Origin: Candidatus Woesearchaeota archaeon
GTDB lineage: Archaea > Nanobdellota > Nanobdellia > Pacearchaeales > GW2011-AR1
Assembly (NCBI GenBank): GCA_964530955.1
Contig: CAZHCL010000003.1
Coordinates: 1,153-65,152 of the forward strand
Reading direction: 5' to 3'
Length of the DNA: 64,000 bases
The position numbers and the translations under genes are program-made. The notes beneath the pieces were generated by a model. It worked only from the letters and a program-made list of their open reading frames with translations, did not search any database and was not told the origin of the DNA. Positions 52,530 through 61,785 of the stretch are shown here, piece after piece; within the stretch, counting starts at the first letter, position 1, and every line of letters starts with the position of its first letter.

Positions 52530-53972
52530 TTATCCTTTGACAACTGCCAAAGGTCTAAGTCTTGCAACAAGCTGGCCAATTCCTAGCTCATCGGAAACTC
52601 TTGCAACCTCATTGACATCCTTGTAGGCCTCAGGAGCCTCTTCAAGAGCGCCTTTCATTGAGCCTGCTTTAAGCATTATATCCTTATCATTCATCTCTTT
52701 CTTCAAATTGTCAACAGAAAGATTTTTTATTGCAAAGCTTCTGGATAAAACTCTTCCTGCCCCATGGGCAGTGCTACCAAAAGAAAGTTCTTCAGCTTTT
52801 TTAGTTCCAATCAGCACATAAGAGAAAGTTCCCATACTCCCCGGAATGAATATTGGTTGGCCTATTTTTCTGTATTTTTCAGGAATTTCCTTTCTTCCAG
52901 GTCCAAATGACCTTGTAGCTCCTTTTCTATGCACGCATAGAGTTTGATTTTCCCCGTCTATTTTATGTTCCTCAAATTTTGCAATATTATGGCATATATC
53001 ATAAATTAGTTCTAGTTTTGACTTAGGGAAGAACTTTGAAAAGCTTTTTCTTACTTGATAAGTAATTAATTGCCTGTTAGTAAATGCAAAATTTGCAGCC
53101 GCAGCCATTGCAGCCCTATAATCTTTACCAAGAGGAGAGTCAATGGGGGCGCATATCAGTTCACGGTCAGGTAAATGTTCCCATCCGTATTCCTTTTCCA
53201 TTTTCATTATGTAATCCGAAGCAGTTTGATGTCCCAATCCTCTGCTTCCGCAATGAATCATAACTACTATCTGTCCCGTTTCTTTTATTCCCATTTCTTT
53301 CGCAATCTTTTTGTCAAAAATACTTTCAACTTCCTGTATTTCAAGGAAATGGTTGCCAGAGCCAAGACTTCCGAGTTGTGACCTTCCCCTAGCTTTTGCT
53401 TTTTGACTTACTTTACTAGAGTCAGCTCCGATTATGCATCCATTATCTTCTATACACTCCTGATCTTTTTTTGTTGCATACTTTTTCTTAACTGCCCAAT
53501 CTAATCCAGTGTTAAGGACTTCATTTAATTCCTCATCTGAAAGAGTGAATTCAGATTCTTTTCCAACACCTGAAGGAACATTCTTATAAATTTCATTCAG
53601 AACTTCTTTCCTCTTGCCTAGGAATTCTTTCTTGTCAAGGTTTGATGCAAGCAATCTTACTCCGCAATTTATATCATAGCCTATTTCGCCAGGCGAAATA
53701 ACCCCTTCCTTTAAATCATAGGCAGCCACTCCACCTATGCAGGCACCATACCCTTGATGAGCATCAGGCAGAACAATGATATTTTTTACAACTCCAGGCA
53801 TTGCAGCCATATTCTTTGCCTGTGAGAGAGTTTTATCCTCTTTTATTTTATCAAGAATTTTTTCAGAGGCAAAAATATTGATTGGAACATTCATCTTGCC
53901 AGTTTTCTTTATTTGCCAGATATAATTGTCAATCTTATCAATCTTCAATTTATTTTCAGTTGATTTTTCCAT
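52530..53972 (-). CDS. rtcB: RNA-splicing ligase RtcB
   Basis: 480 aa with HCGSRGLGHQ, IPGSMGT and TAHGAGR motifs. The archease gene is immediately upstream. Confidence 0.92.
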   Translation of the reverse strand: MEKSTENKLKIDKIDNYIWQIKKTGKMNVPINIFASEKILDKIKEDKTLSQAKNMAAMPGVVKNIIVLPDAHQGYGACIGGVAAYDLKEGVISPGEIGYDINCGVRLLASNLDKKEFLGKRKEVLNEIYKNVPSGVGKESEFTLSDEELNEVLNTGLDWAVKKKYATKKDQECIEDNGCIIGADSSKVSQKAKARGRSQLGSLGSGNHFLEIQEVESIFDKKIAKEMGIKETGQIVVMIHCGSRGLGHQTASDYIMKMEKEYGWEHLPDRELICAPIDSPLGKDYRAAMAAAANFAFTNRQLITYQVRKSFSKFFPKSKLELIYDICHNIAKFEEHKIDGENQTLCVHRKGATRSFGPGRKEIPEKYRKIGQPIFIPGSMGTFSYVLIGTKKAEELSFGSTAHGAGRVLSRSFAIKNLSVDNLKKEMNDKDIMLKAGSMKGALEEAPEAYKDVNEVARVSDELGIGQLVARLRPLAVVKG

Positions 53973-54022
53973 GTTTATCTTAAATTAAAGTCTATTTATT
54001 AATTTGACTATCACTAGATAAG

Positions 54023-54451
54023 TTAAACATCAAGCACAACCTGAGCCTCATATTTTTCTTTTTTTCCAGAAGTTATTTTTTTAATATACATTTCAGCATA
54101 GGTGGCTGCCTTAACATGATTTAAACTATATTTTTTAGTATTATCACCTATAATTTCTGCCTTTAATTTATTTTTCAAAATTTTTACTTTAGCACTGGAA
54201 ACAGCAAGATTCTCAGCATCAAGAAGGTAGATTAATTCATCCATAAAGTTATAGAGTAATGCTTCCAAATCATCACCCGAAACCTCAACAATCTTTTTCT
54301 TTTTACTAGCTATTTTTTTGTCTCCAGATATACAGCTTGAAAAGGCCAAAGCGCAATTTTCAAATAAATTGTTCATTGTACTGCCAAACGCTTTAAACTT
54401 TATATCTGCAGTGTGTTCGAGAAAAACAAACTTCTTTTCCATTTCTTTCAT
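54023..54451 (-). CDS. Archease (RtcB activator)
   Basis: FVFLEHTADIKFKAFG and a C-terminal VKAATYAEM block. The start was set to the ATG at 54451 (the ORF-track start is a TTG at 54499) because TATA box TTTATAAA lies 21 nt upstream. Confidence 0.85.
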   Translation of the reverse strand: MKEMEKKFVFLEHTADIKFKAFGSTMNNLFENCALAFSSCISGDKKIASKKKKIVEVSGDDLEALLYNFMDELIYLLDAENLAVSSAKVKILKNKLKAEIIGDNTKKYSLNHVKAATYAEMYIKKITSGKKEKYEAQVVLDV

Positions 54452-54472
54452 ACAATAAATAATTGAATTAAG

Positions 54473-54480
54473 TTTATAAA
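54473..54480. promoter_or_regulatory. Palindromic TATA box TTTATAAA shared by divergent archease and metalloprotease genes
   Basis: There are exactly 21 nt between the box and the ATG on each side (54451 on minus, 54502 on plus). Purine-rich BRE-like flanks sit on both sides (GAATTAAG on plus, AGAGGGAA on minus). Confidence 0.6.
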
Positions 54481-54501
54481 TTCCCTCTTTTATATACAAT
54501 A

Positions 54502-55428
54502 ATGAAGGTGATGGATATTGCTGTATTTCTACTTCTTTTCATTGTTGCAGCTTTTGCCATATACATGCTCTGGCTTGAGCTTCCTGGCGCAACAGAGCAG
54601 TTCCAGAATGTAAATTTCTCTGCTTCGGCCCAGAAATCCTATGATAATGGAACACAATTTTATCCAAATATGAGGTATCCTTCAGGAAATATAAGTTTCA
54701 GTATAGCATCTGTCTGCGATTCTAAAAAAGAAACAGATGCAATTACTGCATTCGGGATATTACAGGACAAGACTATTCTTACATTCTATCAAGTTCCTTC
54801 AAATGGAGAAATTCAAATACTCTGCTCAGACATTGCGCCGGAACCAACAGATGCAGGGCATTTCATCGCTGGAGAAGGAGGACCAAGAGACATTTTAAAC
54901 TTCAGCGGGCAGTTATATGTTATCTCATCTGGAAGAGTCTCACTTTACAAAACTGACAATTGTAAGGAACCAAATATAGCAATCCATGAAATTTTGCACG
55001 CCCTAGGCTTTGACCATAACAAAAATCCAAATAGCATAATGTTTCCAATCACTAGCTGTAGCGAAACGCTAGATAAATACATAACTGATGAAATAAACCT
55101 TTTGTATAAAACCCCTTCTCTTCCAGATATACAGATAGTAAACGCAAGCGCTGTAAAAAATGGTAGATTCTTATCATTTAATGTTGATGTAGCTAATTAC
55201 GGTCTTGCAAACGCAGACGATGTTAACCTAACATTATACAATCAAAATCAGAGGATTGCAGATTACGATTTGAATAAAGTTTCTATGGGGATAATCAAAA
55301 AGATATCTGTTGATAATCTTCCAATTCCAAGAGACACCACTGAAATAAAGATGATAGCCTATCTTACCGATGGCGGGCAGGAAATCTCATCTTCAAATAA
55401 TCAGGTTGAACTCAGTATTTCTTCCTAG
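54502..55428 (+). CDS. Membrane-anchored metzincin zinc metalloprotease (matrixin-like) with a C-terminal CARDB-like domain
   Basis: N-terminal TM helix. IAIHEILHALGFDHNKNPNSIMFP carries HExxHxxGxxH plus a Met-turn. The C-terminal ~100 aa is beta-rich (FNVDVANYGLANADDVNLTLY). Confidence 0.8.
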   Translation: MKVMDIAVFLLLFIVAAFAIYMLWLELPGATEQFQNVNFSASAQKSYDNGTQFYPNMRYPSGNISFSIASVCDSKKETDAITAFGILQDKTILTFYQVPSNGEIQILCSDIAPEPTDAGHFIAGEGGPRDILNFSGQLYVISSGRVSLYKTDNCKEPNIAIHEILHALGFDHNKNPNSIMFPITSCSETLDKYITDEINLLYKTPSLPDIQIVNASAVKNGRFLSFNVDVANYGLANADDVNLTLYNQNQRIADYDLNKVSMGIIKKISVDNLPIPRDTTEIKMIAYLTDGGQEISSSNNQVELSISS

Positions 55429-55476
55429 AAGACTAAGAAGGTTTATAAGTTAATCAACATATTCTTTTCCGAGGCG

Positions 55477-56031
55477 ATGGAGCTTCAGAAGCCTAATTCT
55501 GAGAAAGTCAAGATGGATAGAATACCCTATGAAAACATTGGAAATTTAGGTAAAGATTATGAGCATGAGCCAAGAATAGTTGTTCCTGAAGGATTAATTG
55601 CCGGAAAAAATTTGGTCTTAAAGCTTTATTCAATGTTAAAACCAAATAATATTCCCGGCACAGATATTAAACCCGCAGTAGAATTTGTAAAAGCAGAGAT
55701 GAAAAAGGATAGAATTAAGCCCTATATTGGAATGGGTTTTGCGATACTTTCTGAGGACGTGCTAAACATCGCAAGATGGAATAACGAGCACCCTATAGTT
55801 CTAATGAATGATGTGTATTCTTATGAAAGAGGAGATATTGCAAATGCAAGAGCAGATGATATCAGGGAATCTGGAAGTTTTTGTACATGGGAGCTTGAAA
55901 TTGTAGGGCATGAAAGAAATTCCTGGATAAATTTTCTTACTTCAAATAAGTCTCAAGAGCAGAAGAACAGATACTTAAATGATTTTACGGGAAAACTTAA
56001 GTATAAGCCAATCGCCAGAAAAGCCCCTTAG
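55477..56031 (+). CDS. Hypothetical protein
   Basis: 184-aa ORF of normal composition. No motif recognised. Confidence 0.4.
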   Translation: MELQKPNSEKVKMDRIPYENIGNLGKDYEHEPRIVVPEGLIAGKNLVLKLYSMLKPNNIPGTDIKPAVEFVKAEMKKDRIKPYIGMGFAILSEDVLNIARWNNEHPIVLMNDVYSYERGDIANARADDIRESGSFCTWELEIVGHERNSWINFLTSNKSQEQKNRYLNDFTGKLKYKPIARKAP

Positions 56032-56051
56032 CCGATAAGGAATTTATCTAA

Positions 56052-56819
56052 TCAATCTACTCTTTCCTGAGTAAAGTCTATAGGTTCAGAACCTTTTCCA
56101 AGATTATAAATTAATCTTTGGTTTTTAAATTCAAGAATTCCATAATCTCTTAGTTCTTGGGGAGAATATTTTTGGTCTAATCCAAGAGAAGAATAGACAA
56201 GTTTACCATTATTTGCATGGTAAAACTGAAAGCATTGTGGGGCTATCAATTTATCTTTAGGTGATTCTTCCTCTATTTTAGCTAATAACTCAGCTAAATC
56301 CCCATGCGAACTAGGCAAAGACCCCTTTCTTACAACGGTATTGAATACAAATCGATCAAATCTTTTAGGTCCAGTATATACAAATTCACTTCCCCAAACA
56401 AGTAATCTATTTTCACCCCTCATTTTTAGGTCGCTAGGATTATATTCTTTTCCAATCACCTGTTCACCAAAATTATTCACATCCCAAGACATTTCCTCAA
56501 TAGTAGGGTCTCTAAAATTTATGTCAAATCTTGCTAAAGCAAAAGCAGGGCTTTTTCTAGATAAAGAATACTGAGCAACACCTGCTACCCCAGCATATGA
56601 CCCCCACAGAGAAAGTGCTTCTTTCATTCTTGTCTCATTAAAACCGCCTTTAAAAGTATGATTAAGTGTTTGAAATCCATTATGAGGTATATTAGTATCG
56701 CTCTCAAAGTCGATCACTACTGGAGAAAAAAGAGAAGCATCAGTCAAAAATATTCCTGCTTTTAATTCATGAATTCCTATTTCTCTAGTTGACCAAACTA
56801 CCGAACATTGTTCATCCAT
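56052..56819 (-). CDS. Hypothetical protein
   Basis: The ORF-track start at 56840 is TTG, only 3 nt from TATA box TTTAAATA (56844-56851). The ATG at 56819 (MDEQCSVVW) is 24 nt downstream of that box, so it was chosen. No family recognised. Confidence 0.4.
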   Translation of the reverse strand: MDEQCSVVWSTREIGIHELKAGIFLTDASLFSPVVIDFESDTNIPHNGFQTLNHTFKGGFNETRMKEALSLWGSYAGVAGVAQYSLSRKSPAFALARFDINFRDPTIEEMSWDVNNFGEQVIGKEYNPSDLKMRGENRLLVWGSEFVYTGPKRFDRFVFNTVVRKGSLPSSHGDLAELLAKIEEESPKDKLIAPQCFQFYHANNGKLVYSSLGLDQKYSPQELRDYGILEFKNQRLIYNLGKGSEPIDFTQERVD

Positions 56820-56974
56820 ATATGCAGTGAAGATTTTCAAAGCTATTTAAATTAGTCTGTCAATTGTTACCTTTCTAAGTGGTGAATATGGAATTCAAAC
56901 TTATTTCTATTTTACCCTCTAGAGTTAAATTTAAATAGAACTTTCAACAATAAAACACATAAAAGAGACTGCAA

Positions 56975-57478
56975 ATGGCTGACAAAGAGGAAATAATAAA
57001 GGAGAAACTTGAACATTCCGGAATCTGGGATTTCAAAGGGTTCTACAAATTTGCTCATTCCTGGCTTGAGGAAGAGGACTATGATGTTGAAGAGCAAAAG
57101 TATTCTGAGACAGTCGCAGGACAGAGCAGGAATATAAACTTCGAGTGGAAAGCAACTAAATCTCAGACCGATTATTTCAAAAATGAACTCAAAGTCAAAT
57201 TTGAGGTAAAAGAGCTTACTGAAGTTGAAGTTGAAATTGATGGAAAGAAGAAAAGGATGAATAAGGGAAAGATAAGTGTTGAAATTAAAGGCACACTTAT
57301 AAGCGATAAGGAAGGTAAATGGGATGCAACTCCATTTTATCAATTTATTAAGCAAGTATACACCAAATATGTAGTTCCAGCAAGAACAGAAAACATGCAA
57401 AGCAGAATTACGGGAGATGTAATTGGTCTTAAAGAGGAACTTAAGTCATTCCTAGAATTATCGGGCAAAAGAAATTAA
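56975..57478 (+). CDS. Hypothetical charged soluble protein
   Basis: 167-aa K/E-rich but non-repetitive ORF. It is preferred over the antisense ORF 56912-57400, which is F/L/N low-complexity. Confidence 0.45.
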   Translation: MADKEEIIKEKLEHSGIWDFKGFYKFAHSWLEEEDYDVEEQKYSETVAGQSRNINFEWKATKSQTDYFKNELKVKFEVKELTEVEVEIDGKKKRMNKGKISVEIKGTLISDKEGKWDATPFYQFIKQVYTKYVVPARTENMQSRITGDVIGLKEELKSFLELSGKRN

Positions 57479-57539
57479 ATTTTCTCATTTTATTATTTAC
57501 AATACAAATATTTATATAATACTTGCTTCAATTAAGTCT

Positions 57540-58916
57540 ATGACAAAGAGGGTTTTAATTTTAGCGTTAATAGTTGCCATGTTATTACCAGGTGTACTCG
57601 CTTCTCTGTCAGTTGAAAAAGTTGACAAAGGAAGTGTTATAATTTCTGAGCTGAATAATCCTGCTGTTTTCAATCTTACAATAAATAATCCTGATGGACC
57701 TCAACAGGCAGAAATATATTCTTTTACTGGAATCTCATTTAGCCCAAGAGGATTCTTTGATATTCAGACAGGACCAAACAATCTTGAAATGAGAGTCTAC
57801 CCAAGCCAGTCAATCCTGTCACAAAGAGGTCTTTACAATTTACAATATCAGATTAAGGGAACAACGAGCGGGATTACCGCTGATTCCCTGCAGATAAATA
57901 TTGTCGGTCTTAAAGATGCCCTAATAATGAAATCCTCAGACCTAAATCTTGGGGATGATAAATTGATCTTGCAGGTTACAAATACACAAAATACTAATCT
58001 TGAAAATCTCAATCTTGATTTTTCTTCATTATTCTTTAATGAAAGCAAAACTTTATCCCTTACTCCCTATCAATCAGCAAATGTAAGCATTGATATAAAT
58101 AAGGATAATATAAAATCGCTTTCGGCGGGAAGGTACACATTCACCGTAGGAGTAGGTCTTCAAAGCGCAAGAGTCAGCGTTGATGGAAGTCTTAATTATC
58201 TTCCAAAAGAAGCATCAACACTCTATCAGAGCGGAAGGGGTTTTGTTCTGAGGCAGACGAATTATACCAGAACAAATACTGGAAATGTTCCCATGACTGC
58301 TCAAATTCAGTTAACCGAAGATATTTTGAGCAGACTTTTCACACTCAATTCAGCAGATGCAACTCAAGTTAACAGACATGCGTTATATGCTACCTACATC
58401 TGGGAAAAGAGCTTGCAACCAGGAGAATCCTTCTCTGTAATCTCAACCACAAATTATACTCTACCTTTAATATTTGTTTTGCTCATTGTGGTAATCGCTC
58501 TTCTTGTAAAGTTATATACAAGAACAAATCTAGTTGCTGACAAGAGAGTTTCCTATGTAAAGACCAGAGGCGGAGAATTCGCCCTTAAGGTTACGATACA
58601 TGTAAAAGCAAAGAAATATGTTGAGAATATACAATTAATAGATAGATTACCTGGAGTCGCCCAGCTTTATGAAAAGTTTGGAATAATGCCTGATAAATTC
58701 GACAAAGCAACAAAGAGACTGTTCTGGAATATTGAAAGACTTAACGCGGGCGAAGAGAGAGTATATTCATATATAATCTATTCAAAAGTAAGAATAGTTG
58801 GCAGATTCGAATTGCCTCCTGCAACTCTTATTTATTTGAGAGATGGAAAGACTGAGCAGACATTATCAAACAAGGCATTCTTTGTCACAGAGACAAACAG
58901 AAGTGACATTTATTAG
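57540..58916 (+). CDS. Membrane protein: signal peptide, beta-rich ectodomain, one TM, second beta-rich domain
   Basis: Signal-like N-terminus MTKRVLILALIVAMLLPGVLAS and TM helix LPLIFVLLIVVIALLVKLY. The C-terminal IQLIDRLPGVAQ...WNIERLNAGEERVYSYIIY resembles DUF11/CARDB-type Ig-like domains. TATA box TTTATATA lies 21 nt upstream. Confidence 0.5.
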   Translation: MTKRVLILALIVAMLLPGVLASLSVEKVDKGSVIISELNNPAVFNLTINNPDGPQQAEIYSFTGISFSPRGFFDIQTGPNNLEMRVYPSQSILSQRGLYNLQYQIKGTTSGITADSLQINIVGLKDALIMKSSDLNLGDDKLILQVTNTQNTNLENLNLDFSSLFFNESKTLSLTPYQSANVSIDINKDNIKSLSAGRYTFTVGVGLQSARVSVDGSLNYLPKEASTLYQSGRGFVLRQTNYTRTNTGNVPMTAQIQLTEDILSRLFTLNSADATQVNRHALYATYIWEKSLQPGESFSVISTTNYTLPLIFVLLIVVIALLVKLYTRTNLVADKRVSYVKTRGGEFALKVTIHVKAKKYVENIQLIDRLPGVAQLYEKFGIMPDKFDKATKRLFWNIERLNAGEERVYSYIIYSKVRIVGRFELPPATLIYLRDGKTEQTLSNKAFFVTETNRSDIY

Positions 58917-58938
58917 TATTTCTTAATCAATGATAAGA

Positions 58939-58946
58939 TTTAATAA
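58939..58946 (+). promoter_or_regulatory. TATA box TTTAATAA for the proS-gatD operon
   Basis: 21-nt spacer to the ATG at 58968. Confidence 0.5.
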
Positions 58947-58967
58947 ACCCATATCCTAAATTTAAAT

Positions 58968-60431
58968 ATGACAAAAAAGGAAGCTGTCAAGAAAGATGAA
59001 AAAGGCATAACTGTCAAAAAGAATGAAAATTTCTCTGAATGGTATACTGAAATAGTCCAGAAAGCAGAGCTCTGTGATTTACGTTATAATGTCAAGGGCT
59101 TTGTAGTTTTCCAGCCCTGGTCTGTTCTTGCAATGGAAAAGATGTACAAATATTTAGAATCTGTTTTACAGTCAAAAGGACACAAGCCATATTTCTTCCC
59201 AACAGTAATTCCAGAAGGAAATCTGAAAAAAGAGAGCAGCCACATAAAAGGATTCACTCCAGAAGTATTTTGGGTAACTGAAGCAGGAAGCGATAAATTC
59301 GAAGAGAGATTAGCTTTAAGACCAACTTCTGAAACAGCATTTTATCAAATGTTTTCTTTATGGATAAGAAGCTACAAAGATCTTCCATTCAAGACATATC
59401 AGAGAGCTAATGTTTTCAGATATGAAACAAAAGCAACAAGACCTTTCCTTAGAAGCAGGGAATTCCATTGGGTGGAGACTCATTGTGCTCATGCAAGTGA
59501 AGAAGATGCAATGAAGCAGGTGCATGAAGACATGCAAACAACAAAAGAAGTGCTGCATGATTATTTCGGCCTACCTTTCATTTTTTTTGAAAGACCCTCC
59601 TGGGATAGATTTCACGGTGCGCACAGAACTTTCGCAGCAGATGTTCTAAATCCAGACGGAAGAGTTGTTCAACAGCCTTCAACTCATCTTCTTAAGCAAG
59701 AATTTGCGAAAGCATTTGACGTTAAGTTCAAAGATAATGAAGGAAAGGACAAGTATGTCTGGCTTACATGTTATGGCCCAGCAATTTCAAGAATGTTTGC
59801 AAGTGTAGTCATTGTTCATGGAGATGACAAGGGATTAAGGTTTCCCTGGGAAATTGCTCCTCTGCAGGTTGCAATAGTTCCAGTAGTAGATGATGAAAAA
59901 GTTCTTAAAAAAGCAGCTGAAATAAAGAATGAAATTGAGAAATTTGCTTCTGTAGAAATAGATTCTAGTGAAAAGAGTGCTGGAGAGAAGTTCAATTATT
60001 GGGAGATGAAAGGAGTTCCAATAAGAATAGATATAGGTTTGAAAGATTTGCAAAGTAAAAAATTAACCATATTCAGAAGAGATTTAGATAAGAAGGAGCA
60101 GATTGATGAGAAAAACATTATGCAGGAGATAAGAAAAATTGCCAAAGAATCAACTCAAAACCTGATAAAGCAGGCAGATAGCTTATTCAAAGAAAGAGTA
60201 AAAGATGCTAAAAATCCAAAAGAAGTAAAGAAAGTTATTGAAGAGGGAGCAATCGCAAGGTGCATGCTCTGTTCTGTAGAAAAAGATGGAGAAAAATGCG
60301 CAGAAGTTATTGAAAAAGAGTCGGGAGCCAAAGTAAGAGGAACAAAGCTCGAAAAGGAAAAAGTTTCTGGAAATTGTGTTGTTTGTGGAAATAAAGCAAA
60401 AGAAGTAGTCTATATAGCTAGGGATTACTAA
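58968..60431 (+). CDS. proS: Prolyl-tRNA synthetase (archaeal/eukaryote-like)
   Basis: 487 aa. The class II core has RPTSETAFYQMF and FRYETKATRPFLRSREFHWVE. The C-terminal Cys module is CMLC...CVVCGN, and the protein ends in ...IARDY (conserved terminal Tyr). Confidence 0.9.
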   Translation: MTKKEAVKKDEKGITVKKNENFSEWYTEIVQKAELCDLRYNVKGFVVFQPWSVLAMEKMYKYLESVLQSKGHKPYFFPTVIPEGNLKKESSHIKGFTPEVFWVTEAGSDKFEERLALRPTSETAFYQMFSLWIRSYKDLPFKTYQRANVFRYETKATRPFLRSREFHWVETHCAHASEEDAMKQVHEDMQTTKEVLHDYFGLPFIFFERPSWDRFHGAHRTFAADVLNPDGRVVQQPSTHLLKQEFAKAFDVKFKDNEGKDKYVWLTCYGPAISRMFASVVIVHGDDKGLRFPWEIAPLQVAIVPVVDDEKVLKKAAEIKNEIEKFASVEIDSSEKSAGEKFNYWEMKGVPIRIDIGLKDLQSKKLTIFRRDLDKKEQIDEKNIMQEIRKIAKESTQNLIKQADSLFKERVKDAKNPKEVKKVIEEGAIARCMLCSVEKDGEKCAEVIEKESGAKVRGTKLEKEKVSGNCVVCGNKAKEVVYIARDY

Positions 60432-60432
60432 G

Positions 60433-61704
60433 ATGGTAGAAATTAATTTTGCGCCGGGAGATTCTGTAAGATTAAGATTGGCTAAAGAAGAGCTCGATGG
60501 CATTGTTCTTGAAAATCCAGACCCTTCTGTTCTTCTAATAAAGTTAGAATCAGGTTATAACATAGGGATACCAAAAGAAAATATCCTTGCTGCAAGAGCT
60601 TTAAAGAAATACAAGGAAGAAAGCAAACAAAAGAAACCTTTGCAAAAAAGCGAAGGAAAGCCTTCAATAGGTTTGATAATAACCGGAGGAACAATTGCCG
60701 CAAAGTTAAATCCTAAAACTGGTGGAGTTTATTGGCTTACCGATGTCAATGAATTTTCAAATTTCTATCCCGAATTATTTGAATTTGTCAATGTAAAGAA
60801 AATAGAAGTCCCATTCATGACTTCTTCTGAATCAATGACTTCAGAGCATTGGATTAAAATTGCAGAAGCAATAAAGCCTATGCTTGATGACCCTGAAATA
60901 AAAGGAGTTATAGTAACCCACGGCACAGACTTTTTGCATTACACTTCAGCGGCACTTTCGTTTTTCCTTAAGAATCTGAACAAGCCAGTTGTTTTGACCT
61001 ACAGCCAGAGAAGCGTTGATAGAGCAAGTAGCGATGCAAAGTTAAATCTTCAATGCGCTGCAAGAATGGCTATAGGTGAAGCAGCAGAAGTGATGCTTGT
61101 CGGTCATGCATCAACAAATGATGACTATTGCTATGCTCTTAGAGGAACAAAAGTAAGAAAATTGCACAGCAGCAGGAGAGATGCATTTAAGCCAGTAAAT
61201 ACAGAGCCAATTGCAAAAGTCTGGCCTGACAAAGTAGAATATCTATCAAAATATAATTCTAGAAACAACGGAAAGCCAGAGTTAGATATATCATTTACTG
61301 ATAAAGTCGCTTTGATTAAGTTTTATCCAGGTCAGGATTCAAGCATATTGGACTTTTACGCTTTGAAGTATAAAGGAGTAGTCATAGAAGTTGGAGGTTT
61401 AGGTCATCTTCCTCCAAGTGAATCGGCCCATAGTTGGATTCCAGCTCTAAAGAAGCACATAAAGAATGGACTAGTAATATGCGGAGCTGCTCAAACAATA
61501 TATGGAAGGTTAGATCCATATGTTTACAGTAATGGAAGAGAGCTTGTAGACGCAGGAGTTATTTTCTTGGGAGATATGTTAGCAGAAACAGCTCTCGTTA
61601 AGTTAGGCTTTGTTCTAGGACATCATGGCTGGAAGACCAAAGCAGGGGAGATGATGCTCTCAAATATGGCTGGAGAGCTTAATGAAACCCTTTCTGTTGA
61701 ATAG
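60433..61704 (+). CDS. gatD: Glutamyl-tRNA(Gln) amidotransferase subunit D
   Basis: 423 aa. A GatD-type N-terminal domain is followed by asparaginase motifs ITGGTIAAK and THGTDFL. The start is 1 nt after the proS stop. Confidence 0.85.
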   Translation: MVEINFAPGDSVRLRLAKEELDGIVLENPDPSVLLIKLESGYNIGIPKENILAARALKKYKEESKQKKPLQKSEGKPSIGLIITGGTIAAKLNPKTGGVYWLTDVNEFSNFYPELFEFVNVKKIEVPFMTSSESMTSEHWIKIAEAIKPMLDDPEIKGVIVTHGTDFLHYTSAALSFFLKNLNKPVVLTYSQRSVDRASSDAKLNLQCAARMAIGEAAEVMLVGHASTNDDYCYALRGTKVRKLHSSRRDAFKPVNTEPIAKVWPDKVEYLSKYNSRNNGKPELDISFTDKVALIKFYPGQDSSILDFYALKYKGVVIEVGGLGHLPPSESAHSWIPALKKHIKNGLVICGAAQTIYGRLDPYVYSNGRELVDAGVIFLGDMLAETALVKLGFVLGHHGWKTKAGEMMLSNMAGELNETLSVE

Positions 61705-61785
61705 ACAGAAAAACTTAAAAACAGCCATTTATTAGTCTAATCGTAAATAATGGATAAGAAAGAGTTAATCTTTTTTTATTAAAGC

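Noticed and set aside
56912-57400. 162-aa minus-strand ORF
   Set aside because: It overlaps almost all of 56975-57478. Its translation is F/L/N/I low complexity (FNFNFSKLFYLKFDFEF), whereas the plus-strand product looks like a normal soluble protein.
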